Assembly: GCA_964016885.1 (NCBI GenBank)
Contig: OZ024740.1
Coordinates: forward strand, 240,746,001-240,810,000
Direction of reading: 5' to 3'
Length of the DNA: 64,000 nt
Source of the DNA: Eledone cirrhosa
Lineage: Eukaryota
The translations under genes and the position numbers were made by a program. Below, piece by piece: positions 50,904-64,000 of the stretch (its first letter is position 1; each line of letters opens with the position of its first letter). Under the pieces are notes generated by a model that was given only the letters and a program-made list of their open reading frames with translations, was not told the origin of the DNA and ran no database searches.

Positions 50904-51366
50904 GTTTGGAGTTAGAAGGGCAAAACAATGCAGGTATGGATATAGAATATAAATACAAATGCAAAAGATATTGCTGACAATTATTCTTTTACCTTAAATT
51001 TATATCCTTAATTTTCGAGATAATATATCTTCTTCGGAGGGAAGTAAAGGGGTTAATCCAGTGTTCTAATTAGCTTGCCAAGACATGCTGACAGTAAATG
51101 GTATAGAAATTCCATTCTATTTCTAATGTCAAAGAGTGAAGGTTAGGTGGATAAAGGGTTGTCTCTCTTTAAAAGGGTTTGGACATGTATATCTAAGTGT
51201 GTGTGGGAGAATACGTGAAGGTGTAAGCATGCGCGCGTGTGTGTGTGTGTGTGTGTGTGAGTGTGAGAGGATATGATTATATGTAAATGTGGGGGCTAGA
51301 TGCTCTATCATGTTAAAACTGGTCTGTGTGTGTGTGTGTGAGAGAGAATAAGTGAAGGTGTAAGCA

Positions 51367-51401
<35 letters not shown>

Positions 51402-53097
51402 GTACGTGGAGGTGTAAGTGTGGGGCTAGGTGCTCTATCATGTTAAAAATTGTGTGTTGAGTTCTAGTCTGTTATTGATTGGTGGTTGCGTTTTTTCTAT
51501 AATTAGTGCTTCCTTAATTCTAAGATTGCCGAGGTTTCTTTCCTTAGCTTCTATCCTAACTATTATGTTTTGTCGGTATTTTTGCATTTCACTAGGTGTT
51601 TCTTAAATGAGGAAGCGTTAGTGTTGAAGTGTTCTTTTATTCTAATGTGAAGTGGTCAGGTGGTGCTACCTATGTAGAAATTGCTACATTTGTCGCACTC
51701 TAATCTGTATACGACGAAAGCCTGGTGGAATAGGTCTGTGTTGCTGATGGGGCAGTTGGCTAGCCTGCAGCGGCTGTCATGTCTGGTAGAGTGTCTTTTG
51801 GTTAGCTGTCCGCGTAGAGAAGGTCCTGAGTGGGCTAGCTGGATATCTAGTCCCTCTCGTCTGATAGTTCTGCGGGTGGCTGTTGTTGTTTCGTCACTGA
51901 AGTGTGGGAGCTTCAGGAAGCAGGTGTTAGTCTCGGGTGTGGTGTCCTCTGTTGTTTCTGGCACGGTTCGCGGTGGACGTCGGATATCCGTCCGTTCAGT
52001 TTAAGTACTTCCAGGAAATGTGTGGTGTGTGTGTCTCGGTCTCTTGCGTCGGTGCATTTGTTCCGGATACGTATTAATTCGTTCCTTATGTATCCGAACT
52101 TAGCGCTGACTGGGAGAGCCGATCTGAAATGTACGAACATGGATGTCGCCTTCCTCTGTTACCCTGAGTTGGAAGTCCAATAGGGATAGGGATCCGCGGT
52201 CATCGGGGTGTTCCATGCAGAACTTTATATTGGCGTCCATGCTGGAGAATGTCATGTATATTTTATCCGCTTCTTCACGGGATGATGTAAAGATGAGTAT
52301 GTCATCTACATATCTGATGAAGAAGGTATAGGAATGGCAAGTGTTGAAGGCTCGGTATTCTAGCTGGTTCATATAAGTGATGACCAGCAGGCCCGATAGG
52401 CTGGATCCCATGGGTAATCCTGTTGTCTGTCTGTATGTGTGGTGGTGGAAGGTGACGTACGTGTTGTCCACTGTGAAGGACAAAAGCTGGTGTATGTCCG
52501 TCGGATGGAGGCCGTAGCAGTGGACGTCTTCTGCGACCACGCAGTCCGTCAATAAATCGACAGCTGGATGAGCAGGGACTGTAGTGTAAAGGGAGACAAC
52601 GTCGAGGCTAAAGGCGTATCTATTGAGTTTAAGTTGTTCTGGTTGGAGTTGGTGTAGTCTACGTATGACCTCGTCGGAGTTACTAACATGCCCGGGAAAG
52701 GTGGAGAGTAGAGGCCTGAGGACTAGAGACGATGGGTCTTATTTGTGTCTTAATACTATTCTTGTGGGTCTTGATGTGGGGATAGAAAGTGGGCAGTCTG
52801 CTATTTCTAGTGGTGTAATTGAACTTAAAATTATTTGGGAGTTGTCTTCTACTACAGATGTCGAACCAGATGGAGTTGGCCTGTTTTTTGATTGCATAAC
52901 TGCTGGCCTGTTTTTCGATCGGACATAACTGCAGCCCCGATCGAAAAACCCCCAGAAGAAGAGATATTATCTCGAAAATTAAGGATATTCAAATAAATTT
53001 AAGGTAAAAGACTAATTGTCAGCAATATCTTTTGCATTTGTATTTATATTCTATATCCATACCTGCATTGTTTTGGCCTTCTAACTACAAACGTTTA
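50899..53097 (-). mobile_element. PLE (YVDD-type RT plus GIY-YIG) with an inverted 5' pLTR stub
   Basis: HIKTHK...RPIVSS, GLPMGSSLS, FIRYVDD, VVYRLECDKCSNFYIGST; 50899-51035 inverted at 52955-53097; (TA)n both sides. Confidence 0.88.
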
Positions 53098-53099
53098 TA

Positions 53100-53146
<47 letters not shown>

Positions 53147-53147
<1 letters not shown>

Positions 53148-54130
53148 AGCAAAAGGGATATTTAATTTGTTGGTAATTCAACAAATATTTATGTTTATAA
53201 CTGAATAAAATTAAACACTTAGATAACAATAACATGATAAATCATCCTAGAATTCATTATAATAACAATAAACAATTCAACTTAAATAGTAAACCAAACA
53301 AAAAAAGTAGAACTAGAAATATTATTTGGTACTCTCCCCCATTCTCATTAGGCGTTAAAACACCTTTAGCAAAGCTATTTTTTAAAGCACTAGATAAGTG
53401 TTTTCCTAAAGCCCACAGACACCACTCTATTTTTAACAGACACTATAAAACTATCCTACTCTACTACTATGAACATAGCACAAAATATAAATAGAATTAA
53501 TAATAGAAACTAAAATTTAAACCCTAACCAAACAAATCAAGATAGCAATAATAATATTTCTAATAACAATATTAATAATAATAGTACCGTTCCTAGTAAC
53601 AACAACTCCATAAAATGTAACTGTAGAATTAAATCAAACTGCCCTTTACAAAATAATTGCTTAGACAAAAACGTAATTTATAAATGCACAGTTAAAACTA
53701 GAGACAAAATATTTAACTATATAGGTGCCACTTCTACAAAATTCAAAGAACGCTGGTACAACCAGAAACATACATTTAATAGGTCCGATAAAAAAATCTT
53801 CCACTTCACTTTCACATCTAATTTGGAATTTAAAGGACAACAATATAGACTATTCAATATCTTGGGGAATGATTTCGAAAGCATCTGCATACCGAAATAT
53901 GGCTTTCTCAAGAATCTGTCATTTGCGTATCGAGGAAATTTTTTTATATAATTAACTCTCAAAACTCTATTCATTTAAAAACAGAATTATTTTCTGCTTG
54001 CAGACATCGCCAAAATTCCACTTTCCGAAGTATTTTTAATCTATGATATTCATTACACTTGACTATATCTTATACACCTTTAAAATGATCTTATTATTTA
54101 CTGAGTTTTTCTTTAAAAATTAGAAAAATT
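53147..54130 (+). mobile_element. Hydra-like PLE 3' fragment (linker plus GIY-YIG) with inverted pLTR stub
   Basis: RNIIWYSPPFS, CNCRIKSNCPL, YIGATSTKFKERWYNQK; homologous to the 43100-43800 region. Confidence 0.8.
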
Positions 54131-54134
54131 GTTT

Positions 54135-54309
54135 AATGATCGTAACATAGACTGATCGTAACACAGACTTCGTTCAATTTATGTGTATATTGTCAATTAC
54201 GATTTTATTTGATGTATCATATCTACATGCATATATACTTGTGTATAATATCAATATACACACTACACATGCGAGCAGAAAACCACCCTTCGGCTGGTTT
54301 TTCTGCTAG
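54135..54309 (+). mobile_element. Helitron 3' end, same family as 21263-21993
   Basis: AGCAGAAAACCA...TGGTTTTTCTG-CTAG|T with shared subterminal sequence. Confidence 0.65.
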
Positions 54310-54399
54310 TATATATAAACCTTGCGTAGCGTTTTTGTTCCGTGTATGAATATAAATAAATAATACCCCCACACACACATATATATATGTGTGTGTGTT

Positions 54400-56400
54400 A
54401 AGTATTTCTGTAAAAAAGGTAAAGGAAAGAAGAATGCTCTTTGTATAGTACAGAGGTATTTAATTACATAATAAACAACACAATATAATTATTCCATTAC
54501 CAAAGGTTTCAGGAGACTAGGTGATCACTACCGAAACGTCCAGCTCATTCATCAGATGAAAAAGTTATGTTTTGGATATAAGATTTGAAATTGATATCTA
54601 TTAAAAATGAAAATGAAGCTGAGTTTAAATAACATCTTATAACGGAAAAAAATATATAGAAGAGAAAAATATGTCTAGATTTACCCAATTTGATATAGTA
54701 TATTTCTACCCTACTATTACTCACTCCTCATTAGTCAAAGCATTAGAAGTTGCTAGACAATTTACTGATATATCTGAACTAGAGGAAGATGTAATTTTGC
54801 ATGCCAGAAAAACATTACTTTTTGTCAAAGATGAAACGTGGGTAAAAAAATAAAACTCAGAATATCCTTTTGATGTCTTTTGATGTCTTTTTTGGTTCTT
54901 TCGATAATGTCGATGTGTGTGATTTAGTTGGCTTATTCCTCCTCCACACACTTAAAGAGAAATTTCCCAATCACACTATCGGATTATATCGAGATGACGG
55001 ACTAGCAGTCACTCATATCACCAATGGTCATGATCTCGACAAATTTTGTAAAGATTTGATAAAAAGCTTCTCTAATCTAAATCTTAAAATCACAATAGAT
55101 ACAAATCTAACTAATGCTAACTTCCTCGATATTAATCTTGATTTAATTACTGATTCCTTGAAGCCATATTATAAATCTAATGAAAATTTAAGATATATAA
55201 ATAAAGGATCATGCCATCCCCCCATAGTATTTAAAAATCTTATCCCGAATATTAGTCGTAGGATATCTACCCTCTCTTCCACCGAAGAAATATTTAATAA
55301 AGCAGCCCCTTATAATAAGGCCCTTAAAAATAGTGGTTTTAATGAAATATATACCTAATCCTACTAACACTATTAAACATAATAATAGAAAAAGAACTTG
55401 ATTTACACCACCCTTTTCATTAGAAGTAAAAACAAATGTAGGCAGAAAGTTCCTTGATCTCTTAGATAAACATTTCCCCCAACAACATATAAAATATTTA
55501 ATAGAAATTTAGTTAAGATTAGCTATTCATGCAGTTCGTCTATGAAATCCAACATTACCAACGGGAAAATATACAGAGAAAATCCAGGATGTTCATGCAG
55601 AAATGCAGGAGAATGTCCTCTACAGGACAAATGTACATAAAATCTATTGTATATGAGGCTAAAGTGACACCTATAAACACCAACCAACCAGCTACCGGTG
55701 AGCGATATGTGGGTATGACTCAAGATATATTCAAACAAAAATATTACGCACATTTCACTTTCTTCAGACATCCTGAAAAAAAAAGAAAACCATGACGCTG
55801 GCAAACAGAGTGTGGGAGATGAAAGCACGTGGAATTCTATATGTAATTGATTGGTCTATTTTAGACAAACAAAAAGAATATGCAAAAGGTAAAAGAAAAT
55901 GTACTTTATGCATTAGTGAAAAATATAGAATTCTACAAAACCTGAAATCTCTAAATACTTGTCTTAACTCTGAAACTGACATTTGCCCACATATAAGATC
56001 CCACCTGCTTTCCTGTTGGAATAAATATAGCATCAATTTGGACACACAACCACCCTGAACATATATTTCAATTATGAAATAGCATTAACACTAACTATCC
56101 TAAACTTATATTCAATATGAACACATACATTTAGTTATACCCATAACACACAAACAACACTCACATATTGACTATGATTACATGCATTTTGTTATACCTA
56201 TAACACTCACATATTGATTATTCTCATTTTTTTCGCTAAGTGTACTCTATAAGACGCACCGAACAGTCCTTACTTCTAATGATATATTTGACACACATAT
56301 AATTCCACTCACTTATAGCACTTACAAGTGATTTTTATCCAATATTACTTCATCCCTAATTATAGCACCGAAAACTCCTCGCTGCAAATATACTTAACAT
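54400..56400 (+). mobile_element. Hydra-like PLE (RT-EN, degraded) with inverted 5' pLTR
   Basis: FTQFDIVYFYP, IGLYRDDGL, NFLDINLDL, CSCRNAGECPL, YVGMTQ, CTLCISEK. Confidence 0.85.
54492..54561 (-). ncRNA. Type I hammerhead ribozyme
   Basis: TTTCAT-CTGATGA-AtGAG...CTCcT-GAAACCtttGGTA-ATGGAA; GUA cleavage triplet. Confidence 0.75.
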
Positions 56401-56571
56401 ATTCATAGATATGTATGAATATTTTTCAGTGCCAATATATTTATTTTTTTCTATATATGAACTTACGCGTGTATGTATATATATGCGTTTTTATATATGT
56501 GAATATATATTTTTTGTATGTAGGGTTTAATATATATATATGTATGTTTTGTATACATATATGCTTATTGA

Positions 56572-56688
<117 letters not shown>

Positions 56689-56809
56689 TGTCTGTATACC
56701 CATATAATATGGGTGTGTATATATCGTATATATGCATATATGGCTAATTTTACATATATGTTTTTTGTATAGATGTGTGTGCGTGTGTATACATGTTTTT
56801 ACTATGTGT

Positions 56810-57110
56810 ATGCATTTAGAGCGGTGCCTAGAGTTTATGCAGGGTTTGATGGTTATACCTTTGTTATTGATTTTGTCAATTGAGAGTCTCAAGGCGTAGT
56901 CTAGTGCAATGATAAAGAGGAATGGGGCAAGTGTGTTACCCTGCAGCACTCTTGCTGAGATGTCAAAGAACTTTGTTGGGCCATCAGGGGCGATGATAGT
57001 GGCACTTGTGTTGAGATACAGAACCTTAATTGCTTTCACAAGTCTTGCTGGGATGCCATAGAAGGGTAGAATTTCAAACAGAATGTTTCTGTTTATGCTG
57101 CCAAAAGGAT
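56810..57110 (-). mobile_element. Non-LTR retrotransposon RT fragment
   Basis: FYGIPARLVKAIKVLY, VLQGNTLAPFLFII. Confidence 0.75.
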
Positions 57111-57119
57111 TCAAATCCT

Positions 57120-60110
57120 GCAAAAATCCACAAAATAACCCCCAGCTCGATGCCTCATGAACATGATAAGTGGAGCTAAATTTAAAAAAACGGACACATC
57201 ACAACAGATTGCAAAACGACATCAATGCACTACTAAAAAAACTACGCAACACCAACGGTATTATAGTAAAAGCGGACAAAACATCAAACGTATACACCAT
57301 GAGCCTTAATACATACAATAATTTTATACGCCGTGAATTGCACAACAAATACAAACAAAAAAAACAACAGAATCTGCACTCACTAACATTAATAAGGAAG
57401 GACTTAGCATAGTAAAAACGCTGAAAATATCTGATAGAACCGAGCCTCTAACCTCTTATAACCCCACATTTAACCCAAAGGATCACAAAAATAATTTCGA
57501 AATAGACCCCGCAATTAGATTAATATGCCCATCGAAGTCGGATATAGGTAGAATTAGCAAGTATATTCTAGATAGAGTAATCGCACAAATTAAGGACAAA
57601 CTAGTAATTAAGCTATGGGTAACACTAACGGAACAATAGACTGGTTCAGCAAAATAAACAGTAGAGAAACATCCAACTTCGTACAGTTCGACATTAATGA
57701 CTATTACTCATCCATATCCCCAGTCACCCTAGATAAAGCGCTAACCTTTGCCCAGAGAAATTCGGACCTTACCCCGGACGAAATTAAAATAATACTAGCT
57801 GCTAGGAGGACTAGATTCGAAAAAAGTTAATGGGAACAAAAAAACAGACAGAATAGCTTCGATATCACAATGGGATCTAATGACTCAGCGCAGGTAACGG
57901 ACTTGGTGGGAATATATATAGCGCACAACTTACATAAAGAATTCAATAACCTCCAGGGAGGAATTTACAGGGACGACACACTCCTTTTAGCCAAAAACTT
58001 AAATAATCAAAACATGGAAAAATTACGAAAAAACATCAGAGTCTTCTTCAACAAACTAGGCCTTTCGAACTTAACTCTAAAAGAGCAAATTTCTTAGATG
58101 TAACACTCAACCTAAACACAGGATTAATAGAGCCTTTCCATAAAAATAACGAGAATCTAGCCTACATTAGTTATAACTCAAACCACCCCCGATCCATAAT
58201 TAACACCATAGAACATAGTATATCCCTCAGAATATCCCGCCTATCTTCTAACCTAGAGATTTTTAACGAACACACAAACTATTATAACAGCTTTACATAA
58301 AGCTGGACATAAGGAGGAGCTGGAATACATACTAGATAGAGACAGCAGCAACAAACCTAACGGCAACTACACTACCCGCACCTATAGAAATAACAAGCAT
58401 AGGACTAAGCATGGAATTAGACAACGAGCACCAAAAATAACTGAACCTAACACTAATACAGAGAACCCCCAAAACTATAGAAGATCCAGAGATAGAAAAT
58501 ACCTATGGTTCAATCCAATATTCAACTCCTCTATAAAAACTAAATTACATTCTACATTCTTTAAGCTAATAGACAAGCACTTCCCTAAAATACACAATTA
58601 CTATAGAATCTTTAATAGAAAAACTATAAAACTATCTTACTCTACTGCAGCCAACATAGAATCACACATACGAAAAATCAACCACAAAAATATCTCTAAA
58701 GAAATTAACCTACCAACATACACCATAGCACCAAATACAAAACGCAAACACATAACAGCATCGTAACCACAAACACATCAGAGCGCATCACAACAAAACA
58801 CTAATAGGCCTACATCGCAACCCACCCACAACAACTTACAAAACCGCAACGGAGAACCTGCACACAGGAAAACTCCCAATTGTAATTGCCACCTACCGGA
58901 TAAGTGCCCACTACAAAATAGATGCTGGATTCGAGTATGGTGTACCTGTGTACTGTAAATTCAGGCAACTCTACTTGGCATTACATAGGTTCCACGGCTG
59001 GGGAGTTAAAGGAAAGGTGGTACGTCCACAGACACTCCATGAAGAACCTTAGACTGGAGAACTCTACGACGCTCGCCAATAAAATCTGGCAACTTAAAAA
59101 CACAAACCAGGAATATAAGTTTAGCTGGTCAAAATTATCGGTAGCAAGGGCCTACAGCAACGGAATGTCCCACTGCGGACTTTGTAATTTAGAACTATTC
59201 CATATTTTAAGGTACGATAAGATGCTGCTTAGCAAAATAGAAAGATCAGTTTTCTGTAGGCAAAAAATAGCTACCAGATTTACAAACTTCAAACCACTGT
59301 GATTCGAACCATCAATCCCAAAATTAGAACTGAATCACCTGGATTTTAGCATATGGATTTTAGCACACCATCACACTGCTATTAGCTGTCAAACGGCCAA
59401 CTGGTCACTTGATCATAAATCTCTTAACATCTCTTTCACCCTCTTTCCCTGAAACAGCATCAACCCCATGAAGACAAGACAATCAGCATAACATTTATCA
59501 CACACATTTGTCAAACCTCCCTTCACCATCCATTCCTAACCCTTAAATCTCATACTTGTATCCCCAAATTAATCTCTAATTTATTGCTTTTTCTTTTTTC
59601 TTTTATCTGTCACTACATCAGACTCTCTACACGCATCTATGTATATTTCGAATATGACTTTTCATGTTAGCACTAAACCCACCACAAAATCCTTATAAGA
59701 ACACTTACTCACCACCACCACAGGCATACACTGTACTTACATGCTCTCACTTATCCTTATTTATTTCTTTATATTTTCCATTTTCTTATTTTCTTACTTT
59801 TTAATGTATCTTTTCTTATCTTTTACTTTTTACATCTGTAACTTCTCTACCTATTTATCATATATATTTTATTATTGATGTTATTGTTTTGATTATACGC
59901 TACACTTATATATATATATCTTGCCTAGAGTGAATTATTTTTATATCTTCGTATTCTGATGTGTTGATGAGAGGTAAATAATGTAATGGAGATCGAGTGA
60001 CGCAACTTCAAGCGATTAGCGACGTCTAGACTCTGATCAATGAAACAATTGTCCATACCTGAAATAAAGCCCCTTGTTGTACAGCCAACCATGTTACTCT
60101 TCATTCTTTC

Positions 60111-60112
<2 letters not shown>
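57120..60112 (+). mobile_element. Near-complete, frameshifted Hydra-like PLE
   Basis: VKADKT, KDHKNNF, VQFDINDYYSSI, GGIYRDD, CNCHLPDKCPL, YIGSTAGELKERWYVH, CGLC; ends in (TA)n. Confidence 0.88.
59951..60058 (+). ncRNA. Decayed type I hammerhead with long stem II insert
   Basis: CTGATGt core variant, GTTGAT/ATCAAT stem II, GAAACAATTGTC palindromic stem III. Confidence 0.55.
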
Positions 60113-60167
<55 letters not shown>

Positions 60168-60178
60168 ACATATATATA

Positions 60179-60242
<64 letters not shown>

Positions 60243-60253
<11 letters not shown>

Positions 60254-62325
60254 CGTAAAATAAGAAAATTAAAAAAAAAAATTTTTTTTTAAATTTACTT
60301 ACTTAAATTTTCACTCCAACTAATTAGTTTCTGCAATGGGATAAAGACAGTTACGTAATGAACTGTTGAGAATTTCATTGCGTCATCAGGGAGGTCATTC
60401 TCAGCCGAGTCTCCAGGAAATGCGCGGACACTGGGGACTCATATAAAAATAATAATAATTCGGTAACTGGAACAGCTATCGAGGACTGAATTCCAGCTAC
60501 TGAAAATTCTCACTGCCACTGATCATATGGCCGATTCTAAAGAATCAATCACGTGACACAGAGGCTAGTCAGTAGGAATGGGATGGTAAGATGACAGACG
60601 CCTACTAACACCCCCCAAAAAAATTTAGAAGTGGTTTTGGCAGGTTTGCTCGACAAATCAGTGATTTGGAGATAAATATAGATAATTTAATATATCTACT
60701 AACATAAGCGCACAGATGTACGCTAATGCCAGCAAATACACAGGTTATGTCATAGTACCTAGGTGGTTCAATGCAGGAGAATGCAGAACAATAATATAAA
60801 AGACGTAAAATAAGAAAATTTAAAAAAAAAATTTTTTTTTTAAATTTACTTACTTACTTAAATTTTCACTCCAACTATTTAGTTTCTGCAATGGGATAAA
60901 GACAGTTACGTAATGAACTGTTGAGAATTTCATTGCGTCATCAGGGAGGTCATTCTCAGCCGAGTCTCCAGGCAATGCGCGGACACTGGGGACTCATATA
61001 AAAATAATAATAATTCGGTAACTGGAACAGCTATCGAGGACTGAATTCCAGCTACTGAAAATTCTCACTGCCACTGATCATATGGCCGATTCTAAAGAAT
61101 CAATCACGTGATACAGAGGCTAGTCAGTAGGAATGGGATGGTAAGATGACAGACGCCTACTAACACCCCCAAAGGGTAAGTTCCTGAGGTAGTTCCGTCG
61201 GGTGTGTGAAGGGATACTGGATATTTTTCATGTTATGGAGTGGATGGCTGGAGAAGTGCCCGGTAGTGTAGAATCCAATGTTGCTGGTGGTCGGAAGTGG
61301 AGGGAAGTGGTGTGCGCGCGCAACAGGAAGTGGTCAGAGGGTCAAGGCAGGGTGAGGAGATAGCAGTAGAGCAGGATGACAGGTAGAGTGAGGTCAGGGT
61401 GGTGAGGACTGTGTGTGCGGAGGTGCGGTGGACAGGGGAGAGGATGGGTAGGTGTGAAGGGTGGAGGAGGAAGGTGGTGAAGTGGGGCGATGGGGTGTAT
61501 ATTAGTAGAGGTGTGAGTGGGATGTGTGGCGTGAAGGGGTGTAGGTGGTACGGGGAGAGGGAGAGAAGAGGTGTTGGGGACGGAAGAGAAGAGGTGTTGG
61601 GGACGGAAGAGAGAGTGTCGTGTACTGGTGTGTGTGTGCGTGTTTGGATGAGTGTGTGTGTGGTAAAGGGGGTGTTAGAATTACATGTGGTGGGGAAAGG
61701 GTGGAAAGCGGGTGTGAAAGTGGGGGTTAGTGGTGGTTGGGTGTGTGAAGTGGGTGGTATACATAGGTGTGGGTGTGTGTGTGTTCGTGTGCGTGAGGTC
61801 GGGGAGGTTATTGATGTTAGTTGTGGGGTGGTCAGAGTGGATGTGTGGGTGAGGGTTAGTGAGGGTAGTAGGGTGTGTGGATAGTGTGAGTCCGTGTATA
61901 TATGTTCGGGTGGGTGTGTGCGTGTTAGTGGGAGGGGTGGGGATGTTAGTATTGTTAGTTGGTGGAGGGCCGAGGGGTGGAGTGGGGGTGTTAGTATTGT
62001 TAGTTGTGGGATGGGCCAAGGGTGGTAGGGTGGTAAAGGGGGAGTGTGTTAGAGATGTTAGTGGGGAAAGTGTGGGGGGAAGAGTGGGCGGTCGAAGGCT
62101 AAAGGAATAGGGGTGGGGAGTTCAGGCCGGGGGGTGTGTGGGTCTGGAGGGTGAAGATGGTGCGTTGTTCGACCGTGAGGCGGGTGGCGGGTGTTCAATG
62201 GAGTAGGCCACAGACTGTGAGGTGGTGGGCGGAATGTTCAGGGGAGCGAAAGTGGCGTGCGATCGGGGAACTCCCGCCGAGGCGAATATCCCGGAGGTGT
62301 TGCGTGAAACGGTCTGCCAGGCGAT
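60243..62325 (-). mobile_element. PLE 3' part: GIY-YIG C-terminus, CA-rich 3' UTR and tandem pLTRs (60243-60615, 60793-61170)
   Basis: RLADRFTQHLRDI...PIARHFRSPEHS on the minus strand; about 370-bp near-identical direct repeats. Confidence 0.82.
60314..60393 (-). ncRNA. Type I hammerhead with extended stem II; second copy at 60869-60948
   Basis: CTCC-CTGATGA-cGCAATG...CATTGCa-GAAACTAATTAGTT-GGAG. Confidence 0.7.
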
Positions 62326-62426
62326 ATATGTATATATATGAGATGTCACCATGAATGGACCTGTTATTTTTATCTAAAGACATTTTTATCCCACCCGTCC
62401 CCTCAATCTATCTTATTTCTCATTCA

Positions 62427-62465
62427 TTTTTCTGATGAAGGACTAGCGTCCGAAACGTTAAGACC
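62427..62465 (+). ncRNA. Minimal hammerhead in a pLTR fragment (about 62340-62550)
   Basis: CTGATGAaGGACtagcGTCC-GAAACGTTA; stem I weak. Confidence 0.7.
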
Positions 62466-62550
62466 CTCTTCCTGCTATATCAAGCGTTAACCTAATATAT
62501 ACCTTCAATATACTGTACCGATTGTATTGTTATTTCTGTTTACCTTTTAC

Positions 62551-62588
<38 letters not shown>

Positions 62589-62594
62589 GAAAAA

Positions 62595-62667
62595 GTTTGT
62601 CCTCATCAGTGGCCTTCCAACCGTCGTAGGCATTTCGTCGCATTAAAGGCCATATACCTCAGGTTGG
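62595..62667 (-). ncRNA. Candidate non-circularly permuted hammerhead ribozyme
   Basis: AGGTATA|TGGCCTT...C-GAAATGCCT...AAGGCCA-CTGATGA-G; 7-bp stem I, 6-bp stem III, extra CCAACC/GGTTGG helix. Confidence 0.7.
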
Positions 62668-62897
62668 TGCGAGCAACGGCTAAAAAAAGTCGTTGGGACA
62701 CGTAAATAAGGGGTACGCTAGGGTAAACAAACAAAATGGTTTAAGCAACAGAAAGTGATGAAGAAGAAAGAAACAAGTCCCAGATTTCTAAGAATATAAA
62801 TTCGGTGGAATCGTGAACGAGAGAATAAAAACCATCAAACCTGGTTGAAATGTGAGCAAGGAAGGAATTTCGCACAGGTCTAACGGGAGGAAGAAGG

Positions 62898-63204
<307 letters not shown>

Positions 63205-63494
63205 GATGAAGATGGCGTAGGACAGAACAAAGGAGAGACACAAAACAAAGAAAATAATCCCCAGTCATTGAACAGGTCACAGAATGTGTGACGAAAGAAC
63301 TTTGACAATATATGAACAACCGTCCGGTTGTGGAACCAACAACGAACCGGAAATTTATAAATTTTTTAAATTTATAATTTAATTTATAATAAATTGAAGT
63401 GAAAGCAACTTGTGCGTGTGTTTCTTATTGGCAACATGTCCCTCCCAAAGTATAACAATATATATATATATATATGTATGTATATATGTATGTA

Positions 63495-64000
63495 TGACAA
63501 GGCTACTTTCATCCATCGTACCAATAAGGAAACGTATTTCATTAACAAATTCCAACCTCTACTTAATGCACTAAACTTCGGACTAAACTAAAACTGGAAC
63601 GAACAATCAAACATTTACAAATACCTATGTCTCTCGAAAGAGTCACCCCCATTACACCCTACCTAATCCTTTTTCATAAATAAATTAAATATCATCCAGC
63701 ATGAATTACCTCTCCCTGCATATTAACTCTCTAAAAAGGGAAATCATATCAAACCCCAGTCCACCATTTGCCTCCATCATGGATCAACTAAGCACCCTTG
63801 CTATATTAACACATTTTGATCTGTTTATCTTCAAGAACTATGCCTGTAAATAACATTATTTTTTCTTTCACATTGACTTATTATGCTCCACATTACGCCC
63901 CTTTTTTTCTTTTTTGTTTTTTCTTTTCACTTTATAAACCTTGTTTGTAAATAACATTATTCTTTCTGCACCATTTCTTTAACATGTTCAACACCAACAT
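63495..64000 (+). mobile_element. PLE 3'-end fragment
   Basis: RTNKETYFINKFQPLLN matches the GIY-YIG C-terminal ExxxIxxxxPxLN motif. Confidence 0.55.

Noticed and set aside
52950-52990. Hammerhead in the inverted pLTR (and its mirror near 51010-51040)
   Set aside because: Core reads CAGAAGA or CCGAAGA and stems I/III are not evident; probably decayed, so not called
61399-62110. Gly/Val-rich and Thr/Pro/His-rich ORFs
   Set aside because: By-products of the compositional skew in the PLE 3' UTR

Overview
AT-rich, repeat-dense metazoan genomic DNA. The SINE, RTE and Penelope content suggests a coleoid cephalopod such as Octopus (inference). Two convergent spliced host genes are present: the last three coding exons of eIF6 (+, 717-7166) and a complete six-exon, 171-aa CFAP418/C8orf37 orthologue (-, 32579-18437). 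The rest is mobile DNA: RTE LINEs, tRNA-derived SINEs, Helitron and mariner remnants, and a CsRN1-type Ty3/Gypsy element (33291-39072) with a 32-nt tRNA-Trp PBS, a gag deletion and a nested foreign LTR. From about 41 kb to the end, many distinct Penelope-like elements (PLEs) are stacked in (TA)n tracts and carry hammerhead ribozyme (HHR) motifs. The most striking signal is a set of hammerheads whose three core strands occur in reversed, non-circularly permuted order (47185-47260 +, 62595-62667 -, plus remnants). The two intact copies show compensatory stem changes, and one lies in a 553-nt non-coding partial-tandem (retrozyme-like) unit. All calls are by eye; repeat boundaries are approximate.
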